Under the pieces are notes generated by a model. It ran no database searches. It was not told the DNA's origin and was given only the letters and a program-made list of their open reading frames with translations. Below, piece after piece: positions 1 to 7,304 of a stretch of DNA of 11,697 bases. Every line of letters starts with the position of its first letter. Position 1 is the first letter of the stretch. Source of the DNA: Thermoproteota archaeon (GTDB lineage Archaea; Korarchaeota; JAOZGF01; JAOZFZ01); the NCBI GenBank assembly GCA_027492035.1, contig JAOZFT010000014.1, positions 1 through 11,697 of the forward strand, written 5' to 3'. The position numbers and the translations under genes are program-made.

Positions 1-477
1 ACGCTGTTTACTGTTTGGGTTTGGGACTTAAATTCGTGACGACTAGGCATGAGGAGATGCTAAAAACACCCTTAAATCTATTCTTGGAGAGGTTAAAAGG
101 GTTACACCTAGAAAGGAGATAGACTTAACCCATTACCGTGAAGCCCAAAAAGAATGGCTTTAAAGGGTTCAAGAAGGCAGCTAAATCAGATCAGAAACCC
201 ACCCATCCTCTTCGCCTCATAAAAGATGTAAGGGGTTTCTTCCCGAGAGACTCAATTACCTGTGCTGATAGAGGCAACACAGCTGTGTGAGCTGCATATA
301 TGAACAGGGGTTACGGTCCAAGAACCTATCTGTGAGCATCAGAAAATGCAGATAATCGCAGTTGTGTCGAACGACCAGGCGTACGGGGTGATAAAGGGGT
401 CCCAGAAACTCCTTTTTAACGAGAGATACGAGGAATCAACATTCATAGATGTTAAAATCCACCTAGGGTCAACTTAA
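1..477 (+). pseudogene. Thiamine-pyrophosphate-binding enzyme (acetolactate synthase large subunit-like), heavily deleted pseudogene, 5' end outside window
   Basis: Manual translation gives collinear fragments of all three domains: N-terminal 'LKFVTTRHE' (3-53), end of central domain 'GDAKNTLKSIL' (from ~53, another frame), C-terminal 'PTHPLRLIKDVRGFFPRDSITCADRGNTAV*AAYMNRGYGPRTYL*A' (TGA at 288 and 333) and 'IIAVVSNDQAYGVIKGSQKLLFNERY' (346-477). Frameshifts and large internal deletions, including the GDG motif. Confidence 0.85.
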
Positions 478-1017
478 CCCTTAATCTTTAGTTTAAGTGC
501 TTTAATGTATCCCTTTCTTGTTGTAAAAACTTCTTTGAAAACATCAGATTCTAGAAGGGTTAGATCTTGCCTAGTAGTGACTCATATGTATCTACTTTAG
601 CTTTACAAGGAAAACAACTCATATTCAGATATTCAACGATCACTTACCCTCTTCCTTCATCTTCCATTCATTTTTTTGCTGTATATTGCAAATTTTTTGT
701 GGATCCATCGTCGTTCACCTCTATTCAATTAATTCCCTACTTGCTACACTTTCTATTTTTTAGCTGGATGGCAAATTAACTTTTACAGTTCGTGGCTCAT
801 ATGAAGTAAGAGTGACACAATTGGTTTGTCTTCTCTACCCTTTTTCAGCTTTATGATTACTTACATTTTTAATCTATTTATTTCCAAATGCAGTGGTTAG
901 TTAACTTTTCCTCATGAAGTTTTCTGAGACTTGGAACCCCTTTTTGATTATTCTACCTTATAGGCGTTTCAACAGCTTCTGCTCTAAGCTTTGGGCTAAA
1001 GGCTCAAGCCCTCTACT

Positions 1018-1999
1018 TCATATTTTTCTAAATTTTCTTACATTTCTCTTAAGAGAATTTTGGATGCAAATTACCCAGTAGAGCGGGGCTGTTTTTACTT
1101 TCACGTAATCTAATGCTCCCTTAATTGATTTTCTGACTTTAGAACTTGCTACCAAATCAACTCTGATTGAAAACTCATGTAACCCATAAAGATAAATATT
1201 CCTGGAATCCTTGAGAATTACATCTCTAAGTTCAGGAGGTGGATTAGCAGGGATTTTTACAATGTTTTTTTCCCCTCTTTGAAGGCAAAGAACTTTGGTC
1301 CTTCGAAAGACCACTCAATCCCTAAAATCAACCATCTCTCTCCTAGATCCTTTAAATAGTCCTTAAGATGAGTTCTTCCTCTCTCTTTGATGTAGGATCC
1401 GACCTCTGGTGGGCCGTAACTTGCTTTTTCTTTCTTATCCCAAATATGAAAAAAGACTTCTTTACTTGACTTATCAATCCCAATTAAATAGTGAAATCTG
1501 TCAAGACGGCTTCTTCCACTAAGATATGTGTTTCCTCTCTTAGCGGTACTTTCTTCAAAGTTTAGGGCAATCTTAGCCATAATAAGGTTATAACCTTTTC
1601 TTTTAGCAACTATTTCAGGTCCTTTCCATCCAAGAGCACCTCTCAATCCTACGTCACGCTTTAGAGCACAAATTTCTAATACTTTGATTACTTACATTTG
1701 GTTTAGTCTCTAAACTTACTGCCTTGGGATCTCTTCTAATAGTATAAACTGGGTATCTTCGTTCCCATAAATCTTCTCGAAACCCTTTTTTTGAAGTTAT
1801 CATAAAACACTGTGAATTTCATAGAAATAGTAGGGCCATAAATATCCCATATTAGAATTATATTACCAGTCATATGGATGATAGAAACGATTGAAAACAA
1901 GTGGATGATAAAAAAAGTAGTTGTAGTAATTACTACAGCAATAATTTCATAAAATAATTGAAAATATTGCAAAGTCTCTCTATCACCATTTACCACCAT
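1018..1999 (-). pseudogene. Fragmented hypothetical gene(s), possibly one membrane-anchored protein (ORFs 1736-1999, 1257-1646, 1018-1314)
   Basis: Three consecutive same-strand ORFs with protein-like composition. Reading can be continued across T7 tracts at 1786-1792 (NFKK>GFREDLWERRYPVYTIRR) and 1265-1271 (KEGKK>NIVKIPANPPPEL). The N-terminal piece has a hydrophobic stretch. No family recognised. Confidence 0.4.
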
Positions 2000-2250
2000 A
2001 GGAATGCTCAGGCTTTAAAGTTCATGCTTCTGGTGGTTATTCATGGCTTTTTATGGTGTTAGGATGTGAAGATTTCTTTTAATGTTAGTGGTGTCTTAAA
2101 GCCGGGGGAATTAAGCTGTTTTGTGTGGTAGTGAATCGTGAAAAATGGATGTTTGTCTTGAGGGATCCGGGTTTTTGGGTTCTTTGCAACTCTCTTGTTG
2201 GTGTTGCTTTTTCAGTTTACTTTTTCAGGGGTTACGTAGGGGGTGAGTGG

Positions 2251-3459
2251 TTATGTTATTACGGCTAGGAAGAGTGGTAGTGTTTCATGGTCTAGTATTG
2301 TCACGTTTTTTGGGTATTTTCTGTGTGGTTTGCCGATTTTGACTTCGATTTTTAAGTTGTCGGCTATGCAGTCTATTTCAAAGGAGTTTCTGAAGTAGTA
2401 GATGGTGTTGAATTTTCTTTGTAGGTGGGATTGAACAATCCATTCGTACATGGCGCTTTCCAGGTATTTCTCTCCACACCACATGGATAGTGTGTTGGCT
2501 ATGAATTGGTCTAGAAAGAAAATTTTTTTCTCTTTCCTCCATGTCACTTTATTCTTCCATTTGTGGAAGGCTGTGTCTACAATGAACAGGTTTCTTAGAA
2601 CTTCTATGTAGTCTTGAACTGTTTTGTATGAGACTCCAACGTCTCTGCCTATGGTTGAAAAGGAGAGTGGTGAGGGTGCTTTTCTAAGTAGGCTGGAAAT
2701 TATTTCCTTGGTGAGTTGCAGGTTTTTCCCTGCCTTTAAAATTTCCCCTTCGAAACTAGCTATGAATTGCTCTTCAGCGGTTGGATCTTGGTTTATGGAG
2801 AGGGGGAAACCACCTGTAGCTAGGTAAACATGGAAGAAATCAGTTATTTTGTCTACTTTTCCCAGTAGGCTTTCCATGTCTCTTTCAAGGTTTCCAGTGG
2901 TTTCTATTTTAACTCCGTGAACCTTTAAGAATTGTCTGAAGGAGAGGGGCCTGACAAGAATTGTTTCCCCCTTTCCTCTTCTACCTGGGAAGAGCTCTGT
3001 TTCCCCTTTTAGTTTAAGGGAGGAGGAACCAGTAATGGTTAACACGTCTTTTCCAAATAGTCCGAGGTCTATGTACCCTTTTACAATCCTCCACCATTCC
3101 GGTACACTGGTTATTTCATCTAGGAAGATGTAGCTTGTTGTCAGTTTTTCAGCCCTTTTAAACTGCAGGTATGTGTCTATGAGTTTCTTTAGGGAGTGAA
3201 TGTCTGGGGTGAAGTCGCAGTTGAAATAGAAGATTTGTTCGCTTTCAATGTTTTTTAACATTTTATGTATTAGAAGTTTTAAACCTGTTGTTTTACCTGT
3301 TTGTCTGGGGCCAAGGATGAAGTTTAGGGAGAAAGGTTTTAAACTTATGTCTTTTATCCACTCTGGAACCCATTTAATTTTTGATTTTTTCCATTTCTCA
3401 ATTACAATGTCTCTTGCCCCGCTCCACCACGGGTTATGTTTTCCGATCAAGTTTCTCAT
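2251..3459 (-). CDS. Archaeal ATP-binding protein, AAA_14 ATPase with DUF4143-like C-terminal domain
   Basis: 402 aa. N-terminal HNPWW, Walker A GPRQTGKTT, Walker B IFLDEI, ITGSSS, FPGRRG, YLATGGFP, wHTH region 'GVSYKTVQDYIEVL' and C-terminal PD-(D/E)xK-like 'EIDC...IEVK'. Confidence 0.93.
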   Translation of the reverse strand: MRNLIGKHNPWWSGARDIVIEKWKKSKIKWVPEWIKDISLKPFSLNFILGPRQTGKTTGLKLLIHKMLKNIESEQIFYFNCDFTPDIHSLKKLIDTYLQFKRAEKLTTSYIFLDEITSVPEWWRIVKGYIDLGLFGKDVLTITGSSSLKLKGETELFPGRRGKGETILVRPLSFRQFLKVHGVKIETTGNLERDMESLLGKVDKITDFFHVYLATGGFPLSINQDPTAEEQFIASFEGEILKAGKNLQLTKEIISSLLRKAPSPLSFSTIGRDVGVSYKTVQDYIEVLRNLFIVDTAFHKWKNKVTWRKEKKIFFLDQFIANTLSMWCGEKYLESAMYEWIVQSHLQRKFNTIYYFRNSFEIDCIADNLKIEVKIGKPHRKYPKNVTILDHETLPLFLAVIT

Positions 3460-3614
3460 AATAGAATTAAAATTTCTAATATTTTTTAAATATTTAGAAT
3501 TTTTATTTCTTATAATTGGAAAGGAAAGAGAGAGACAGGGGAAAGGAAGAATGCTTTATTTTAATAAAAGAAAATTTTCTTTTTTAACTGGTTAAACTTT
3601 GCGGGGGAGAGGCG
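3460..3614. promoter_or_regulatory. Divergent promoter region between the ATPase and the aconitase X genes
   Basis: TTTAAA at 3485-3490 lies ~26-31 nt upstream of the ATPase start (leaderless-type spacing). TTTAATAA at ~3560-3567, perfect 18-bp palindrome at 3566-3583, TTTAAC-TG-GTTAAA at 3583-3596, and RBS-like GGGGAG before TTG 3615. Confidence 0.55.
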
Positions 3615-4832
3615 TTGTATTTAACGAAGGAGCAGGAAAAGATGTTGGATGGTGAAAGGGGGGAGGGTGTCAGGTTTGCAATGGAGGTTGTCACAAGGGT
3701 GGGGGACATATACGGCGCTGAGAAACTTGTTCAAATATCAAGTTCCCATGTGCTTGGCCATTACAGCTCCCTACATGATGCCGGGGTAGAGATGATGGAG
3801 AGGTTCACAGGTTCAAAGGCTTCATTCAGGGTCCCTACAACCGTTGACCCCATCAGCATTGAACCAGAAAGATGGAGGGACCTTAAGATTCAATCAAGCT
3901 ACGCTGAAAAACAAATGCGTTTAACCAATGCATTGATGGGTTTAGGAGTTATTCCAAGCTTTACATGTACCCCCTACGAGTGTTGCAATGTCCCTAGGCA
4001 CGGTGAAATTTTGGCTTGGTCTGAATCTTCAGCTGTAGCCTATGTGAATTCAATTGTAGGGGCAAAAACGAATAGGTTGACAGCTGGCCTGGATGTTTCA
4101 TGTGCAATCACCGGTTTAACCCCATACTTCGGTCTCTTAATACCTGAAAACAGGTTTGGCCAAGTTTTAATCGAAGTAAAGAAGAGGAAATTAGGGAACC
4201 TGCATTTCCACACGATCGGTTACATAATAGGTAAAACTGTTGGTAACAGGATTCCAGTGGTGACTGGTTTACCATTGGATGCAAAAAATTATCAGTTGAA
4301 GGGTTTAGCTTCAGCAGCTGCTTCAAGCGGTTCAGTTGCCCTTTTCCATGCAGTGGGTATATCTCCGGATGCCAGAAATGTGGATCAAGCCTTTGGACCA
4401 AATGAATTGGAGGATAAAATTGTGATAGATGAAAGTGGTATAAGGGAAGCTGAAGATGAAATAACTACTTCAAGGGAAAACCCAGATTTTGTAGCTATAG
4501 GTTGTCCACACTACTCCATCCCTGAATTGATTGAGTTAGCCCATATGGTTAAGGGTAAAAGGGTGAAAAGAAATGTTGAGTTTTGGGTTTACACCTCTAA
4601 ACACGTTGCAGCTTACATTCGAGAAATGGGGATCCTTCAAACAATAGAGGCTTCGGGGATAAGGGTTTTAACCTCTACATGCGCCGTTATTTCACCTATT
4701 AAGGAGTGGGGTTTTAAGGTGATGATGACGAACTCAGCTAAGTTTGCAAATGTTATACCTTCAGAGCATAAAATAGATGTTTACTATGCACCCCTAAAGG
4801 ATTTAATAGAATATGCAACCAAGGGGGAGTGA
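3615..4832 (+). CDS. acnX: Aconitase X catalytic (large) subunit, DUF521 family (phosphomevalonate dehydratase / cis-3-hydroxyproline dehydratase family), Fe-S protein
   Basis: 405 aa. Typical N-terminus MYLTKEQEKMLDGERGE, FTCTPY, AWSESSAV, NSIVGAKTNR, AITGLTPYFGL, AAASSGSVALFH, IGCPHYS, STCAV, TNSAK. The three candidate cluster-ligand Cys are present. Confidence 0.93.
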   Translation: MYLTKEQEKMLDGERGEGVRFAMEVVTRVGDIYGAEKLVQISSSHVLGHYSSLHDAGVEMMERFTGSKASFRVPTTVDPISIEPERWRDLKIQSSYAEKQMRLTNALMGLGVIPSFTCTPYECCNVPRHGEILAWSESSAVAYVNSIVGAKTNRLTAGLDVSCAITGLTPYFGLLIPENRFGQVLIEVKKRKLGNLHFHTIGYIIGKTVGNRIPVVTGLPLDAKNYQLKGLASAAASSGSVALFHAVGISPDARNVDQAFGPNELEDKIVIDESGIREAEDEITTSRENPDFVAIGCPHYSIPELIELAHMVKGKRVKRNVEFWVYTSKHVAAYIREMGILQTIEASGIRVLTSTCAVISPIKEWGFKVMMTNSAKFANVIPSEHKIDVYYAPLKDLIEYATKGE

Positions 4833-4833
4833 A

Positions 4834-5265
4834 GTGAAGGGGAAAGTAGTGATCAGGGGGAGGTGTATTGTTAAGGGGGAAGCTGTGGGAGAGGCCCTTG
4901 TAACTAAGCAGCCGTTCATGTTCCCCCATGGAATTAACCCTGAGACAGGGGAAATTATCGATAAAAGACATGAATTGTTTGGTTTGAATATGAAGGGGAA
5001 GATATTTATTTTCCCATATGGGAAGGGGTCAACAACCGGGTCCACATGGATACTGGAGACGATTAGATGTGGCAGTGCACCGGCTGCCATGGTTAACTTG
5101 GAAACAGAGCCTGTAATCGCAACAGGTGTTATCTTAGGCGAACTACTTTACGGTGTGAGGATACCTGTGATGGATCACCCTGACACTGACATCTTCCAAA
5201 AAATAGAGACAGGGGACCACGTGAAAATCGACGCGTACAAGGGAACAATTGAAGTGTATAAATAG
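4834..5265 (+). CDS. Aconitase X swivel (small) subunit, DUF126 family
   Basis: GRCIVKGEAVGEALVT, GINPETGEIID, GKIFIFPYGKGSTTGS (catalytic Ser motif), APAAMV, IETGDHVKID. The likely start is GTG 4834, just after the large-subunit TGA with GGGGAG upstream, rather than 4813. Confidence 0.92.
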   Translation: MKGKVVIRGRCIVKGEAVGEALVTKQPFMFPHGINPETGEIIDKRHELFGLNMKGKIFIFPYGKGSTTGSTWILETIRCGSAPAAMVNLETEPVIATGVILGELLYGVRIPVMDHPDTDIFQKIETGDHVKIDAYKGTIEVYK

Positions 5266-5281
5266 TTTATGCAGTAACAGG

Positions 5282-5307
5282 GAATCTTGAGGGAAGAGAA
5301 TTGAAAG
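5282..5307 (+). repeat. Solitary CRISPR-repeat-like sequence GAATCTTGAGGGAAGAGAATTGAAAG
   Basis: 21/26 identical to the reverse complement of the repeat at 11661-11686, with the last 14 nt identical including the ATTGAAAG handle. No neighbouring repeat at spacer distance. Confidence 0.75.
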
Positions 5308-5709
5308 TTGATTAAATTGATGGAAGTGGTAATGGAGAAGGTGCTGTATTTTATTGGCTATGTCACCGGGACTTATTGTTCCATGTTGGTGAATGAATTA
5401 ACACTTGAAAGGGTGGGGCATTACATTGGAGTATTCTACAAATTAGTGGGTTTGAAAATAAATAGGCCTAAAGTGAATGGTGAAGTAAGAATAACAACAA
5501 AGGAGGATTGTTGGTTCTACAGGTTTTTTAAGCCTCCCTATAAAGTGTGTAGGGCATTGTTTGGGTTTGACAGAGGTCTTGTACATGGACTCAGTAAAAA
5601 ACGCTTTGAACATTCCTTGATGAAAAGCCTAGCTTTAAATGCTGAATACTGTGAGTTTCATACAAGAAAGGTGAATCTAGAGGAGAAGGGTAACTACATT
5701 TTCCACTAA
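5308..5709 (+). CDS. Hypothetical protein with V4R / L-2-amino-thiazoline-4-carboxylic-acid-hydrolase-like Cys pattern, possibly N-terminally truncated
   Basis: Pattern 'CWFY...VCRALFGFDRGLVHGL...LMKSLALNAEYCEF' resembles the C...C..D..G...TLA.G...CEF signature of this fold. The ORF begins immediately after the solitary repeat, and the upstream in-frame stop lies inside the repeat. Confidence 0.55.
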   Translation: MIKLMEVVMEKVLYFIGYVTGTYCSMLVNELTLERVGHYIGVFYKLVGLKINRPKVNGEVRITTKEDCWFYRFFKPPYKVCRALFGFDRGLVHGLSKKRFEHSLMKSLALNAEYCEFHTRKVNLEEKGNYIFH

Positions 5710-5846
5710 CACTTTCTAAATGACTTAGTGTTAAAGATGTTTTTAATGTTCAGGAAGGAGGTAAACACCTTTTTAAGGGTTTTTCTTCTTGCGTAGAAAT
5801 CAGAGCTTCTACCATTCCTCTTTTACTTTACAAGCCCTTCTTAAAC

Positions 5847-6872
5847 TTATAACGGGGTAGTTCCTCTACTTATGAATGAGGAAGTAGAGTTTTTAGTTAG
5901 GAAATCTATTACTATTAAAGTGTTGTGCAGTTCGTAGAAGTTGCATCCGACGCAGTACCAACCTGTTTTACCCCTCTTTTTGCTCCAATGGTGGCAAAAT
6001 ACACTGTTTCCATAAAACTTTTTTATTGTAAAGTCTATGTTTCTGCAAGCTTCATTTAGATGCTTTTTCTCCCCTGTTGCTTTAAACAAGTCGAGAAGAG
6101 CCATGGTTGCAAGGGCTTGAATTGACAAGTATAGAATTTCCTCTTCCTCCTGGTTGATGCATCCATTCTTTCTCTTTAACTTGTCCAGGGAATATTTAAC
6201 TGTTTCTGTTCTTTCAATATATTCTGTGTTACTAGTAGACGTATAGGCTTTGCTAAGGGCTGAGAGAACTGTTAAGTTGGGGAGACCCACTAATTTGTCG
6301 TTACCCCTGGATTCACGGTAGTATTCTCCGTTAAAAAAACATTTTCTAGTTCACCGAGAATTTTCTTCCCTGTTGACAGATAAAATTTGTTGAGGGAGCT
6401 CTTGAGCCCTGAGCTGTACATGAAGCAACCAAGGGCAACTGTAGCTGAAACAACAGTTGAACCATAAAGAAGGGGAACATAGCCCATATAGTGACCTTCA
6501 CCTTCACTAAGAAATTAACGGATAGGTTGACAAGTTTATTTACGAAGGAGTAGAAATTTTTTCTTCCGATTTGATAGGCTTTAAACAATCCCAGGATGCC
6601 GAGGAAAGATTCCTTGAGAGTTTCTTGGTCGAAGATACCCTTAAGTGAGATTTTTATGCATCTGTTAACTGTTTCATAGGCCATCGCCAAGTGTTTCTTC
6701 TCAGCTAATCCCCTTTTCTCCATTTCGAAGAAGAGAACAGGTGCCCACGCTGTTACATCTCCAAAATGGTTACTCCATTCCCCATTGCCAAGGTAATGTT
6801 TCTTCATTCTGTTAAGTGTATCAGTTAATACTTTTTTTGTAGATGTTATTATTATGTTTTCACAGTGTTCAA
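5847..6872 (-). pseudogene. Six-hairpin glycosidase-like (alpha/alpha)6 protein (AGE-epimerase/GH76/YyaL-like helical repeats), frameshifted
   Basis: ORFs 6346-6807, 6290-6487 and 5847-6290 join through frameshifts at ~6510 (NFL>SEGEGHYMGYVP) and at the A7 tract 6333-6339 (ENVF>FNGEYYRESRGNDKLVGLPN). Repeated helical motifs 'GLFKAYQ', 'ALSKAYTSTSNTEYIER', 'ALLDLFKATGEKKHLNEA'. The frame is open ~80 nt upstream of ATG 6807, with a possible original TTG at 6872 after AGGGGG. Confidence 0.65.
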
Positions 6873-6992
6873 GGAGATCAACCCCCTTTTAAACTACTTC
6901 TCTCTTAGAAGTTAAATAAACACAGAGTTCCTCATGAATTATAGGTTACAAAACAAATAAAAGAAACGCTAAAGATACTGTTTAAAAATGAG

Positions 6993-7017
6993 GAATCTCG
7001 TAGAGAGGGATTAAAAG
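6993..7017 (+). repeat. Second solitary, more degenerate CRISPR-repeat-like sequence GAATCTCGTAGAGAGGGATTAAAAG
   Basis: 25 nt with 5' GAATCTC identical to the array repeat, a purine-rich core and 3' ATTAAAAG (one mismatch to ATTGAAAG). Intergenic. Confidence 0.55.
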
Positions 7018-7205
7018 TTAACTCCTCATTACATGTTTCCGGTGTATTGTATTTTGTTACGGGCTTGAGACACCTTGTCGCAGTTGAGGCCGCCATGACC
7101 CAGGAGTTCCTTTCCTTTAATAAGAACCCTTCATGATTGTGTTGGTTTCTAAAGGTATACTCGCCTGGTTGTAGTTAATACCAGTTGCTTCTTCATGAAG
7201 TCTAT

Positions 7206-7231
7206 AATCTTGTTTAGAGACAAGATTTAAA
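7206..7231 (+). promoter_or_regulatory. Candidate operator AATCTTGT-N6-ACAAGATT overlapping a TTTAAA TATA box upstream of the TrmB-family gene
   Basis: Perfect 8-bp inverted repeat at 7206-7213/7220-7227, with TTTAAA at 7226-7231, ~75 nt upstream of ATG 7305. Confidence 0.5.
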
Positions 7232-7304
7232 CAGTAACATTAACTCTTTCAGGTTACAATAGATTTTTATTGTTTAAGGGGGTTTCTCTTTTACTTGATG
7301 TTTC

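Noticed and set aside
288-335. Two TGA codons at probable Trp positions suggesting TGA=Trp recoding
   Set aside because: TGA terminates intact genes here (4830-4832, 8028-8030, 10046-10048), TGG is used for Trp, and the gene also has frameshifts and deletions.
480-1017. ORF 567-779 (+) and a possible minus-strand relic starting MDPQKI after GAGGTGA (~708)
   Set aside because: The plus ORF has atypical composition. The minus-strand relic has multiple stops and no recognisable family.
854-1699. 15-bp direct repeat TGATTACTTACATTT at 854-868 and 1685-1699
   Set aside because: One AT-rich 15-mer pair in 11.7 kb is within chance expectation, and there is no transposase or terminal inverted repeat. 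Noted only because the second copy sits at a reading-frame break.
2624-5090. ORFs 2624-2827, 3248-3595, 4108-4401, 4753-4971 and 4803-5090
   Set aside because: Antisense shadows of the well-supported ATPase and aconitase X genes.
7029-7200. Locally GC-richer stretch (tRNA/ncRNA?) or minus-strand coding relic 'KGKELLGHGGLNCDKVSQA'
   Set aside because: No cloverleaf, T-loop or C/D box pattern seen. The peptide is too short to assign.
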